Origin: Nannocystis bainbridge
GTDB taxonomy: Bacteria > Myxococcota_A > Polyangia > Nannocystales > Nannocystaceae
Direction: 5' to 3'
Assembly (NCBI RefSeq): GCF_028368995.1
Contig: NZ_JAQNDL010000001.1
Location: forward strand, 2,976,001-3,040,000
Length of the DNA: 64,000 nucleotides
The position numbers and the translations under genes are program-made. Below the pieces are notes generated by a model. It was not told where the DNA came from and did not search any database. It saw only the letters and a list, made by a program, of their open reading frames with translations. Of this stretch, positions 47,896 through 57,537 are shown piece after piece (position 1 is the first letter of the stretch; each line of letters opens with the position of its first letter).

Positions 47896-49644
47896 TCACG
47901 AGTGCGCTGCGTGCGGAGAATCAGCAGCCTCTGCGCAAACACGCGGGCCGATGAAATCGACCTGCAGCCCACCTCCGGGCGGACTCTCGAACACCAGCCC
48001 TATGCCGTGCAGCGCGGCGACGCGGGCCGCGATGTGCAGCCCGAGCCCCTGCCCGTCGGGCGCCCGCGTGCGCGCGGCGTCGCTGCGAAACCCTCGCTCG
48101 ACCAGCCGCGTCAGCTCGTCCGCCGCCACGCCCGGGCCGTCGTCGACCACGCGCAAGCGGAACCTGTCACCGCCGACACGATCGAGCAGCACCGCCACGT
48201 GCCCGCCCGCGCGGTTGTGACGGATCGCGTTGTAGACGACGTTGCTCACCGCCTGCTCGAGCAATGTGACATCGCCTTCGACGTGCAGCGGCGACTCCGG
48301 CACCGCGCCGTCGAGCTCGACCTGCAGCCGCCGCGCGATCGGCCGGTGACGCGCCAGCACCCGCTCCACCAGCACGTCCATCGCCACCGGCTCGCGGTGC
48401 AGCCGCGGCGCGTCGGCGTCGATCTTGGCCATCACCGCCAGGTTGTGCACGATCGCCGCGATGTAGTGCGCCTCGCCCATCGCCGCCACCACAGCCGCGC
48501 GATCGATCGCCGCGCCCGCGCTCGCATTTTCGTTCAGCTCGCTGAGGTGGCCCTGCAGCACCGTCAGGGGGATCATCACGTCGTGCGTGGTGTTGGCCAG
48601 GAACTCGCGCAGCGCCGCCTCGCGGCGATCCTTTGCCGTCAGCTGGGCCCGCACCTCGCGGCCCGCGGCCTCGAAGGCGCGCGCGAGCTCACCGACCTCG
48701 TCGCTGCCGTCGATCGGCACCGCGCTCGCGTAGCCGGCCGACGCCGAGCGCCGCACCGCCTCGGTGAGCCGGCGGATCCGCCCGACGATCGGCCCCATCG
48801 CCAGCAGCACCGCGGCGAACAGCGCCACCAGCGGCGCCAGCCAGATCCGCGTCGGCGGCAGCACCGCGCCCAGCCAGCCCGGCACCGTGCTGCCCTGCGC
48901 CAGCACCCGCGCGCACGGCCCCGCCTCCCACGGCATGCGCACCAGCACCTCGACCTCCGCGCTCCACCACGACCGCGCCCACGAACGCGGCCACGTCGCG
49001 ACCTCCGGCGTCGCGACCTCCGGCGTCGCGACCTCCGAAATCGCGACCTCCGAAGTCGCGACCTCCGAGGTCGCGATCGCCTGCGCCAGCGGCTCCGCGA
49101 TCGCCGGCGCCGCCGGGTTGGCCGACCGCAGCGCCGCGTCATAAGCGAACAGCACCGCCGGCCGCCCCCGCGGCCGCCCATCGTCGAGCGGCGGCCCCAT
49201 CTTCGCCTCGCGACCTCGCGAGTCACTCGCCTCCGACTCACGACCTCGCGAGTCACTCGCCTCCGACTCACGACCTCGCGAGTCACTCGCCTCCGACTCA
49301 CGACCTCGCAAGTCACTCGCCCCCGACTCACGACCTCGCAAGTCACTCGCCCCCGCCGCACCCGACTCACGGCCGCGCGAATCACTCGCCGCGCGCCCTC
49401 GCGTTTCACTCGCCTCGCCCGCACCCGGCGGCCCGCGCCCTGGCCCCATCTCGCCGCCCCAGCGGCTCGGATCGGCCTCGCAGCGCTCGCGCCCGCCGGG
49501 CTCTTGCATGCGCGCCAGCGCGAAGCCGGCCAGCGCCTCCTCGGCCGCGCGGTGGCGGGCCACCGCGTCGAACAGCACCAGCACCACGATCATCGGGATC
49601 GTCACCGCGATCGTCGTCAGCGCCAGGCGCAATCGCAGCTTCAT
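47896..49644 (-). CDS. HAMP sensor histidine kinase with tandem-repeat inserts
   Basis: Two TM helices, [19 protein letters not shown]-box, [14 protein letters not shown] and GLGL; ATGA overlap with the response regulator. Confidence 0.9.
   Translation of the reverse strand: MKLRLRLALTTIAVTIPMIVVLVLFDAVARHRAAEEALAGFALARMQEPGGRERCEADPSRWGGEMGPGRGPPGAGEASETRGRAASDSRGRESGAAGASDLRGRESGASDLRGRESEASDSRGRESEASDSRGRESEASDSRGREAKMGPPLDDGRPRGRPAVLFAYDAALRSANPAAPAIAEPLAQAIATSEVATSEVAISEVATPEVATPEVATWPRSWARSWWSAEVEVLVRMPWEAGPCARVLAQGSTVPGWLGAVLPPTRIWLAPLVALFAAVLLAMGPIVGRIRRLTEAVRRSASAGYASAVPIDGSDEVGELARAFEAAGREVRAQLTAKDRREAALREFLANTTHDVMIPLTVLQGHLSELNENASAGAAIDRAAVVAAMGEAHYIAAIVHNLAVMAKIDADAPRLHREPVAMDVLVERVLARHRPIARRLQVELDGAVPESPLHVEGDVTLLEQAVSNVVYNAIRHNRAGGHVAVLLDRVGGDRFRLRVVDDGPGVAADELTRLVERGFRSDAARTRAPDGQGLGLHIAARVAALHGIGLVFESPPGGGLQVDFIGPRVCAEAADSPHAAHS
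48995..49079. repeat. 15-bp in-frame tandem repeat (EVAT[S/P]), about 6 copies
   Basis: GTCGCGACCTCCG(GC/AA) repeated. Confidence 0.85.
49211..49420. repeat. 30-bp in-frame tandem repeat ([10 protein letters not shown]), five copies plus degenerate copies
   Basis: CGACCTCGC(G/A)AGTCACTCGCC(T/C)CCGACTCA at 49211, 49241, 49271 and 49301; the 49331 copy diverges at its 3' end. Confidence 0.9.
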
Positions 49645-50312
49645 GCGGCTGGCTCCGCGCGCAGGCGATAGCCGATGCCCCACACCGTCTCGATGCACTC
49701 CTCCGGCGCCAGCTTCTTGCGCAGCCGCGACGCGTGGACGTCGAGCGTGCGCTCGCTGCCCTCGCGCTCGGGCCCCAGCACCTGCTCCGCAAGCCACGCC
49801 CGCGTCACCGCCGCTCCCGGACGGCGGGCCAGCGCCGCCAGAAAATCGAACTCGACCCGCGTCAGCTCGACCGCCCGCCCGCGCACCTGCACCGCTCGCC
49901 GCGCCCGATCGATCGTCAGCGCCCCGATCGTCAGCGCATCGTCGCGCTGCAGCGTCGGCCGGCGCAGCCGCGCCCGCACCCGCTCGACCAGTTCCTCCGG
50001 CCAGAACGGCTTCGTCATGTAGTCGTCGGCCCCGAGCTTGAGCGCGCCGACCTTGTCCATCGTGTCGGCGCGGGCGCTCAGCACCAGCACCGGCACGTCG
50101 GCGCGGGCCCGCAGGTCGCGGAGGATGTCGAGCCCGTGGGCCCCCGGCAGCATCAGATCGAGGATCACCAGCGACAGCCCGGCCGCGTCCTCCGGCGCGA
50201 TCGTCTTGCCCTCCGTCCACCACGTCGGGTCGAAGCCCGCGCGGCGCAGGTGCAGCACGATCTGCCGCCCCAGCTCGCGGTCGTCCTCGATGACCAGCAC
50301 GCGCTCCGCCAC
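49641..50312 (-). CDS. OmpR-family response regulator
   Basis: [29 protein letters not shown] and IETVWGIGY. Confidence 0.95.
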   Translation of the reverse strand: MAERVLVIEDDRELGRQIVLHLRRAGFDPTWWTEGKTIAPEDAAGLSLVILDLMLPGAHGLDILRDLRARADVPVLVLSARADTMDKVGALKLGADDYMTKPFWPEELVERVRARLRRPTLQRDDALTIGALTIDRARRAVQVRGRAVELTRVEFDFLAALARRPGAAVTRAWLAEQVLGPEREGSERTLDVHASRLRKKLAPEECIETVWGIGYRLRAEPAA

Positions 50313-50456
50313 GCGTCAGTGATTCTCGATCCGCCCGCCCCGCGCAACGCCGCCCCACGTGAGCCGCCTGCACGACGCCGCTTGGGGTTCGCCCGCGACC
50401 TGCAACATTTGCTTAAGATCCCTCGCCTATCCTTTGCGACGAGGGGGAGCAACACC

Positions 50457-51458
50457 ATGAAAGCGCATTCCATCAATCGACGGCCCACGCGGCGCGAATT
50501 CGCGCTCGGCGCTCTCGGCGGCGCCGCGGCCACCGTCCTGGTCGCCTGCGGCGACTCGAGCAGCGGCGACACCGACACCACCACCGGCACCACCGGCGAC
50601 GACACCACCGGCACCACCGGCACCACCGGCACCACCGACCCGACCTCGACCTCGACCCCGACCACCGGCACCACGGACGACACCACCGGCGACACCACCG
50701 GCACCGCGTGCGGCGAGGCCACCGCGTGGGCCACCGGCGGCACCGCGGCGATGACGATGAAGCACTGCTACCCCGACCCGTTCGCCGGTGGCGTCAAAGA
50801 GTGCGTGCTGATGTGCGAGACGACCCAGGGTCCGTGCACGGCCGACACGATCGAGCGCCAGGACGTGAGCGAGGGCTTCGCCGGCCTGCCGGTCCGCCTC
50901 GCGCTGCTGCTGGTGACGGCCGAGACGTGCGAGCCGATCGCCGACGCGAAGGTGGAGATCTGGCACACCCAGCGCACGGGCGTGTACTCGGGCGTGACGC
51001 CGAGCGGGGCGTTCTGCTACGGCGACGATCCCGACGCCGTGAACTACCTGTATTTCCGCGGCACGCAGACGACCGGGAGCGACGGCCGCGTCGACTTCGA
51101 TACCTGCTTCCCGGGCTGGTACAACGGCCGCGCGGTCCACATCCATTTCCGCGTGTACCTGGCCGCCGAGCTTTACATCACCTCGCAGCTGTTCTTCGGC
51201 GACGACCTCAACGCCGAGATCTTCGCCGACCACCCCGAGTACAGCGAGTTCGGCCAGCCCGACACCACCAACACCTCGGACAACATCATCGGCGGCGAGG
51301 ACGACAAGACCAATTATCTGTGCACCGTCGCCCGCATGCCCGACGGCGCCATGCTCGCGTCGAAGGTGATCGCCATCCGCTCGTCGCTCGACCAGGCCAC
51401 CTGCCAGACCCAGGGCGGCGGCATGGGCGGCATGATGCCGCCGCCGCCGATGCCTTGA
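50457..51458 (+). CDS. Intradiol ring-cleavage dioxygenase-like Tat lipoprotein
   Basis: TRREF...LVAC, Thr linker, TQGP, VEIWH..RTGVYS, RGTQ.T..DG.V.F.T.FPGWY.GRAVHIH. Confidence 0.87.
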   Translation: MKAHSINRRPTRREFALGALGGAAATVLVACGDSSSGDTDTTTGTTGDDTTGTTGTTGTTDPTSTSTPTTGTTDDTTGDTTGTACGEATAWATGGTAAMTMKHCYPDPFAGGVKECVLMCETTQGPCTADTIERQDVSEGFAGLPVRLALLLVTAETCEPIADAKVEIWHTQRTGVYSGVTPSGAFCYGDDPDAVNYLYFRGTQTTGSDGRVDFDTCFPGWYNGRAVHIHFRVYLAAELYITSQLFFGDDLNAEIFADHPEYSEFGQPDTTNTSDNIIGGEDDKTNYLCTVARMPDGAMLASKVIAIRSSLDQATCQTQGGGMGGMMPPPPMP

Positions 51459-51526
51459 GCGCGCGGTGATTTCGCCGAGCCGCGAGGGCACGCGCTGGCG
51501 AGGTCGACGCGAGCACGAGCTCGCGA

Positions 51527-51704
51527 CCTCGCCACCTCGCAGCTGACGCGCTCACGCTCTCGTGCGCTGCGAGAGCACGACCTCGCAACCTCGCGAAGTC
51601 ACCTCGCAACCCCGCGAAGTCACAGCCCTCGCCACCTCGCAGCCTCGACGCGCTCACGCTCTCGTGCGCTGCGAGATCACGCCCTCGCAACCCCGCGAAG
51701 TCAC
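51527..51704. repeat. Nested ~100-bp duplication with 21-bp sub-repeat upstream of the polymerase gene
   Basis: CCTCGCCACCTCGCAGC..GACGCGCTCACGCTCTCGTGCGCTGCGAGA twice; CTCGCAACC(T/C)CGCGAAGTCAC three times. Confidence 0.8.
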
Positions 51705-51877
51705 GGCCCGCGACCCTCGCCGAGATCACGGCCTCGCCGGTCTTGCGAGATCGCTACCTCGCCCGACGCGCAGTCCCTCCGCTCGCCCCAGCGCGATCGC
51801 CGACCCGCCCGCCTCCGCCGCCTCGCGGGCGCGTGCGCCGTCGAAGCTCGCGGCCGCTCGCGCTACACTGCCGGCTC

Positions 51878-53488
51878 GTGACCGCGAACCCCAGCGAGGA
51901 CGTGCTCGACGTCGCGGCCTTGCGCCGCGCCGCCGAGGCGCTCGCTGGCAGCCCGGTGCTCGGCGTCGCCGTCGTGCTCGCCGCCCCGCACCCCGACACC
52001 CCGCGCGAGGCCGCCGGCGATCCGCGGCGCGTCCGCGTCGACTTGCTCGCCCTCGCCGACGAGCGTCACACCTTCGTCGTCCACTGCAACTGCTTCTCGC
52101 CCGGCGACCTGCGCCTGCTCGCGCCGGTGCTGGCCGGCCCGTACGTCGTCTTCCCCGACGCCCAGTTTCATCTCACTGCCCTCGCCGGCCTCGGCCTGGC
52201 CGTCACGCGGGTCGGCTGCACGCGCACCGCCGCCACCTTGCTGGCCGAGGGGGTCATCGCCCGCCACGACGAGCTCGAGATCGCCGCCCTGGCCCGGCGT
52301 CACCTCGGCGGCCCCGGCCTGCCCGGCGAATGGCTCTCGGGACAGGTCCTCCCGGCCTGGTCGCGCCTCGAGGTCGTCGCCGCCGCCGCCGCCGCCGCGC
52401 CCGCCCTGCTGCGCGTCCTCACCCCCGAGCTGCGGGCCCGCGGCCTCTCGCGCGCCTACGAGCTCGAGTGCAAGCTGCTGCCCGCCGTGGTCGCCATGGA
52501 GGCCGCCGGGATCGCCGTCGACGGCCCGCGCTGGAACACCATCGCCGACGGCTGGCGCGCCGAGCTGCAGGTCACCGAGGCGCCCGAGCGCAAGGCCCAG
52601 CTCGAGAAGCTGGTCTCGACCTACGCCCACTGGCCGCGCGAGCACCTCGGCGACGACGGCCGCATGCGCACGCACCTGCACCCGCTGGCGACCGACTCGG
52701 GCCGGTTCGCCTGCAGCCAGCCCAACCTGCAGCAGGTGCCCTCCGAGCACACCGCCCCTGGCCTGCGCGCCTGCTTCCGCGCCGAGCCGGGCCACGTGCT
52801 GGTGGTCGCCGACTACGCGCAGATCGAGCTGCGCGTCGCGGCCCACCTGGCGCCGTGCCCGGCCATGCAGGCGGTCTTTCACGCCGGCCGCGACCCTCAC
52901 CGGGCGACCGCGGCCACGCTCGCACGCAAGCCCGAGGCCGAGGTCACCGCCCACGAGCGCAAGCTCGCCAAGGCCGTCAACTTCGGGTTCCTGTTCGGCA
53001 TGGGCGCGCGCCGCTTCCAGGACTATGCCGAGGCCAGCTACGGCCTCGCGCTCGACCTCGCCGCCGCCGAGCGCGCCCGCGAGGCCTTCTTCGCCACCTT
53101 CCCCGGGATCGCCGCCTGGCACCGCAAGGTCTCGGCCTTGCAGCCCCGCAGCGCCCGCGAGGACCAGACCGTGCGCACCGCCATGGGCCGGCGCAAGCGC
53201 TTTTTGGCCGGCAAGTTCAGCTTCAACGCCGCCCTCAACATCCCCGTGCAGGGCACCGCCGCCGAGGGCTTCAAGAAGGCCATGACCGCGCTCCACCCGG
53301 CCCTCGCCGAGCTGGGCGGGCGCGGCATCCTCTGCGTCCACGACGAATACCTGGCCGAGGTCCCCGAGGAGCACGGCGAGGCGGCCCGGGCGCTGGTCCA
53401 GCAGGTCATGCAGGACGCCATGGCCGAGGTCGTGACCTCGGTGCCGATCGTCGTCGACAGCCGGGTCGCGGCCAGCTGGGCCGAGTGA
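51878..53488 (+). CDS. Family A DNA polymerase (no 5'-nuclease; degenerate 3'-5' exonuclease)
   Basis: SGRFACSQPNLQQVP, motif A DYAQIELR, motif B RKLAKAVNFGFLFG, QGTAAE and motif C VHDE. GTG start estimated. Confidence 0.9.
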   Translation: MTANPSEDVLDVAALRRAAEALAGSPVLGVAVVLAAPHPDTPREAAGDPRRVRVDLLALADERHTFVVHCNCFSPGDLRLLAPVLAGPYVVFPDAQFHLTALAGLGLAVTRVGCTRTAATLLAEGVIARHDELEIAALARRHLGGPGLPGEWLSGQVLPAWSRLEVVAAAAAAAPALLRVLTPELRARGLSRAYELECKLLPAVVAMEAAGIAVDGPRWNTIADGWRAELQVTEAPERKAQLEKLVSTYAHWPREHLGDDGRMRTHLHPLATDSGRFACSQPNLQQVPSEHTAPGLRACFRAEPGHVLVVADYAQIELRVAAHLAPCPAMQAVFHAGRDPHRATAATLARKPEAEVTAHERKLAKAVNFGFLFGMGARRFQDYAEASYGLALDLAAAERAREAFFATFPGIAAWHRKVSALQPRSAREDQTVRTAMGRRKRFLAGKFSFNAALNIPVQGTAAEGFKKAMTALHPALAELGGRGILCVHDEYLAEVPEEHGEAARALVQQVMQDAMAEVVTSVPIVVDSRVAASWAE

Positions 53489-53590
53489 TTTTGCCGCGCG
53501 CTGCCCACCGGCCACATCCATTTTTGCGCGGCGAAACCTCACGCCCCTCCCCTGTTTCCAAGCACGCCAGCACCCACTCGGAGCCCCTTC

Positions 53591-55141
53591 ATGCAACAGA
53601 CCCTGTCCCGCCGCTCGTTCGCGGCTCTCTCGACCCTCGGCCTCGGGCTCCCGGGCTTGCTCGGCGGCTGCCGAGGGACCACAAAGGCCGGGAGCACCAC
53701 CATGATCCCCGGTGAACAAGCCCCCCTCGCCGACCACCTCGGGTGGTTCTCCGTCGACAAGCCCACGATCGCGCGCGTCATGACCGAGTTGACCGCGCGC
53801 GGCGCCGACGCTGCCGACCTCTACTTTCAGTACAGCCGCGACAACTCGATCACGATGGAGGACGGCATCATCAGCCGCGCCAGCTCGTCGGTCGACCAGG
53901 GCGTCGGCCTGCGCGTGGTCGTCGGCGACCAGACCGGCTACGCCTTCACCGAGGACCTCTCGCTCGAGGCGATGCTGGCGGCGGCGCGCACGGCGGCGGG
54001 CATCGCCCACAGCGGCGCGGCGCACGCCCCGGTCGAGTTCAAGCAGCGCTCGCGGCCCAGCTACTACACGCTGAGCCAGCCGTGGGCCGAGGTGCAGACG
54101 GTGCAGAAGCTGCCGCGCATCGAGCAGCTGGCCGCGCTGGCGCGCAAGGGCGACCCGTCGATCCACAAGGTCACGGTCAGCTGGGCCGACGGCGAGGAGC
54201 TGGTCCTCATCGCCGACATGCACGGCAACGTCCACACCGACATCCGGCCGATGACGCGCCTGTGGTGCATGTTGACCGCCAAGAAGGGCGACGTCACCCA
54301 GAGCAACAGCGCCAACCTGGCCGGGCGCCACGGGTTCGAGTGGTACACCGACGAGCGGCTCGAGTTCCTGGCCAAGGAGGCGGTGGCGCGCACGATGGTG
54401 CTGTTCGACGCCAAGCGCCCGCCGGCCGGCGAGATGCCGGTGGTGCTGGCGGCCGGCGCCAGCGGCATCCTCCTGCACGAGGCGATCGGCCACGGCATGG
54501 AGGCCGACTTCAACCGCAAGAACACCAGCATCTACGCCAGCATGATCGGCAAGAAGGTCGCGCCCGACTTCGTCACGATCGTCGACGACGCGACCCAGCC
54601 GGGCGAGCGCGGCGCGCTCAACGTCGACGACGAGGGCAACGCGGTCGAGAAGACCGTGCTCGTCGACCACGGCGTGATGGCGTCGTACCTGCACGACAGC
54701 ATCAGCGCCAAGCACTACAAGGTCAAGGCGACCGGCTCGGGCCGGCGCGAGTCGTTCCGCCACTCGCCGATGCCGCGCATGCGCAGCACGTACATGGAGA
54801 ACGGCCCGCACACGCGCGAAGAGATCATCGCCTCGGTCAAGAAGGGCATCATCGCCGAGACCTTCACCAACGGTCAGGTCCAGATCGGCGCCGGCGACTT
54901 CACCTTCTACATCAAGAACGGCTGGCTCATCGAGGACGGCAAGATCACCGCCCCGATCAAGGACATCAACATCATCGGCAACGGCCCCGAGGCGCTGCGC
55001 AACGTCACCATGGTGGCGAACGACTGCAAGCTCGACTTCGGCGGCTGGACCTGCGGCAAGGACGGCCAGAGCGTGCCGGTCTCGCAGGGCCTGCCCACCA
55101 CTCTGGTCTCGAAGATGACCGTCGGAGGCGAGAATGTCTGA
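53591..55141 (+). CDS. tldD: TldD-family metalloprotease with Tat/lipoprotein-like leader
   Basis: GVGLRV...GYA, LHEAIGHGMEAD, DDEG, GSGRRES, PRMRSTY and CGKDGQSVPV. Confidence 0.93.
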   Translation: MQQTLSRRSFAALSTLGLGLPGLLGGCRGTTKAGSTTMIPGEQAPLADHLGWFSVDKPTIARVMTELTARGADAADLYFQYSRDNSITMEDGIISRASSSVDQGVGLRVVVGDQTGYAFTEDLSLEAMLAAARTAAGIAHSGAAHAPVEFKQRSRPSYYTLSQPWAEVQTVQKLPRIEQLAALARKGDPSIHKVTVSWADGEELVLIADMHGNVHTDIRPMTRLWCMLTAKKGDVTQSNSANLAGRHGFEWYTDERLEFLAKEAVARTMVLFDAKRPPAGEMPVVLAAGASGILLHEAIGHGMEADFNRKNTSIYASMIGKKVAPDFVTIVDDATQPGERGALNVDDEGNAVEKTVLVDHGVMASYLHDSISAKHYKVKATGSGRRESFRHSPMPRMRSTYMENGPHTREEIIASVKKGIIAETFTNGQVQIGAGDFTFYIKNGWLIEDGKITAPIKDINIIGNGPEALRNVTMVANDCKLDFGGWTCGKDGQSVPVSQGLPTTLVSKMTVGGENV

Positions 55142-56447
55142 CCTGTTGCAGAGCGCCAAGACAGCCATCGACCTGGCCAAAAAGTCAGGTGCGCAGGACG
55201 CCTGGGCCGCGGTCTCGCGCGACCGCTCGGTGTCCCTGACCTACCGCGACGGCAAGGTCGAGAAGGTCGAGGAGAGCACCTCCCGCGGCCTCGGCATCAG
55301 CCTCTACGTCGACGGCCGCTACTCGTCGCACAGCACCACCGACCTCCGCCCCGACCGCCTGGCCGGCTTCATCAAGGAGGCGGTCGCGCTGACCCGCGTG
55401 CTGCAGCCCGACCCCTTCCGCGTGATCCCCGACCCCGCGCTGTTCAAGGACCGGCCCACCGCCAACCTCGAGCGCGTCGACCCGAGCGTCGCCAAGCTGA
55501 CCCGCGAGCAGCGCGAAGCCTGGGCCGCCGAGATGGACGCCAAGGCCCACTCCGACAAGCGCGTCATCTCGGCCGAGAGCAACCTGTTCAGCGGCGAGTC
55601 GCAGGGCGCGGCCGCCAGCAGCAACGGCTTCGACGGCACCTGGGACGGCAGCTACGTCGGCTACTCGTGCACCGCGACGGTCCGCGAGGGCGAGGACAAG
55701 CGCCCCGAGGGCTCGGGGCACGCGGTCGGCCGGTTCCTGGCCGGCCTGCCCGAGCCGGCGGCCGTGGCCGCGCTGGCGCTGCAGCGGGCGATCGACCGCC
55801 TCGGCAGCGCCAAGGGCCCGACGGTGCGCACGACGATGGTGGTCGACCCGGAGGCGGCGGTCTCGCTGATCTCGCGCGCGCTCGGGCCGATGTCGGCGGC
55901 GTCGATCCAGCAGGGCCGCTCCTACCTGGCCGGCAAGCAGGGCCAGAAGGTGTTCGGCGACAAGCTGACCGTCACCGACGACCCGCTGGTGCCGCGCGGC
56001 CTGAGCTCGCGTCACTTCGACGGCGAGGGCATCTCGGCCAAGCGCATGCCGCTCGTCGAGGCCGGCGTGGTCCGCAACTACTACGTCGACACCTACTACG
56101 GCCGGAAGCTCGGCATGGCGCCGACCACCGGCTCGGCCAGCAACCGCGTGGTCGGCCTCGGCGACAAGTCGCTCGCCGCCCTCATCGGCGACGTCCAGGA
56201 CGGCATCTACGTGACCTCCTGGCTCGGCGGCAACAGCGACGCGACCACCGGCGACTTCTCGCTCGGCCTCCGCGGCCACCAGATCAAGGGCGGCAAGATC
56301 GGCGCGCCCATCGGCGAGATGAACGTCACCGGCAACCTCGCCGCCCTGTTCGCCAAGCTCGCCCTGGTCGGCAACGACCCCTACCCGTACTCGAGCCTGC
56401 GCGCCCCGACCCTCGTGTTCGAGGACGTGCAGTTCAGCGGGACCTGA
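55134..56447 (+). CDS. TldE/PmbA-family protein
   Basis: Overlaps tldD by 8 bp; DDP...GLSSRHFDGEG and TGDFSLG; lacks HExxxH. Confidence 0.9.
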   Translation: MSDLLQSAKTAIDLAKKSGAQDAWAAVSRDRSVSLTYRDGKVEKVEESTSRGLGISLYVDGRYSSHSTTDLRPDRLAGFIKEAVALTRVLQPDPFRVIPDPALFKDRPTANLERVDPSVAKLTREQREAWAAEMDAKAHSDKRVISAESNLFSGESQGAAASSNGFDGTWDGSYVGYSCTATVREGEDKRPEGSGHAVGRFLAGLPEPAAVAALALQRAIDRLGSAKGPTVRTTMVVDPEAAVSLISRALGPMSAASIQQGRSYLAGKQGQKVFGDKLTVTDDPLVPRGLSSRHFDGEGISAKRMPLVEAGVVRNYYVDTYYGRKLGMAPTTGSASNRVVGLGDKSLAALIGDVQDGIYVTSWLGGNSDATTGDFSLGLRGHQIKGGKIGAPIGEMNVTGNLAALFAKLALVGNDPYPYSSLRAPTLVFEDVQFSGT

Positions 56448-56532
56448 TCCGAAGGACCTGCCCGAAGGGGCCTGTCTGAAGGGGCCTGTCCGGATGGACA
56501 GGTCCCTTTCGTCATGCCCTGGAGGACATGTC
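56445..56532. repeat. Six phased TGTC-N6-GACA-type units in a convergent gap
   Basis: TGAT-CCGAAG-GACC|TGCC-CGAAGG-GGCC|TGTC-TGAAGG-GGCC|TGTC-CGGATG-GACA|GGTC-CCTTTC-GTCA|TGCC-CTGGAG-GACA|TGTC. Confidence 0.88.
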
Positions 56533-56546
56533 CTGCGACGCCGCGC

Positions 56547-57329
56547 TCAGCCGCCCGGGCAGCGCGGCTCGCCGGTGCGCATGTCGATCGCGGAGCCGAG
56601 CGGCTGCCAGCCCGGCTGGTCGGGGAAGCAGCCGCTGCGGAGCTGCCACATCACGCCGCGTGGGTCGCGGGCACGACTCATCGCGTCGGTGCACAGCTCG
56701 GCGCGCGTGCAGCCGGCGAGGGTCAGGGGCTCACGGCAGTTCGGATACCCGTGGACCTCGCCGCAGAACGCGTGCGCCTGGCACTGGTCGACCCGCAGGC
56801 GCCCGCAGTCGCAGAACTCGCGGTCGTCGTCGGCGCAGCTCACCGAGACCATGCGGACCTGCGGCAGCGCCATCGCCCCGCGCACCTGCGGATGGGTCGC
56901 CACCACCAGCACGCTCCACAGTGAAGACCTGGCGTAGATCTCCCGCGCCCCGTCGGCCCGCAGGCGGTCCATCACCCGCTCCCGCCGCTCCAGCTTCTCG
57001 GCCTCGGTGTAGGCGACCTGATCGCCGCGGTCGTCGGTCCAGTACTCGTCGAACACCAGGGTCCAGGCGAAGCGCACCTGCGGGTGCGCGCGCGCTTGCA
57101 GGCAGCGCGCGAGGTAGGTCGGCGCGTGGCACTTCGCCTCGACGTCGCCCGGCGCGAGCTCGGCGCTGACCAGCAGCGACGGGTCGACGCCGACCGGCTC
57201 GACGAGCTCCGGCTCGCCCGCCGGCGACGCCCCGGTCGGCGGCGCCTCGGTGCGCGAGGGCTCGCCCGTGCGCGCGCACGCCAGCGCGAGGCCCAGCCAG
57301 CCGACCACCGCCCGCACCTCCGGCCTCAC
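56547..57329 (-). CDS. Cys-rich hypothetical lipoprotein
   Basis: LALAC lipobox and Cys-rich C-terminus. Start estimated. Confidence 0.6.
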   Translation of the reverse strand: MRPEVRAVVGWLGLALACARTGEPSRTEAPPTGASPAGEPELVEPVGVDPSLLVSAELAPGDVEAKCHAPTYLARCLQARAHPQVRFAWTLVFDEYWTDDRGDQVAYTEAEKLERRERVMDRLRADGAREIYARSSLWSVLVVATHPQVRGAMALPQVRMVSVSCADDDREFCDCGRLRVDQCQAHAFCGEVHGYPNCREPLTLAGCTRAELCTDAMSRARDPRGVMWQLRSGCFPDQPGWQPLGSAIDMRTGEPRCPGG

Positions 57330-57537
57330 GAGCGCTCTCCCATACCGACGACCGTACCACCGAACCCCGCGGCCCGCGTCGGACGCGGATCGGCGGCGCT
57401 CCCGACCGCTCCGGGCACCTCTCCTCGACGCCACCGGTCTCCAGCGCCTGACAGCCGAACAGCGACCGATCGAACTCGAAGTCCCCCGGATGTCTCGAAG
57501 GACATGCCCCAACGTGCATGTCTCATTCGCAGTCGAG

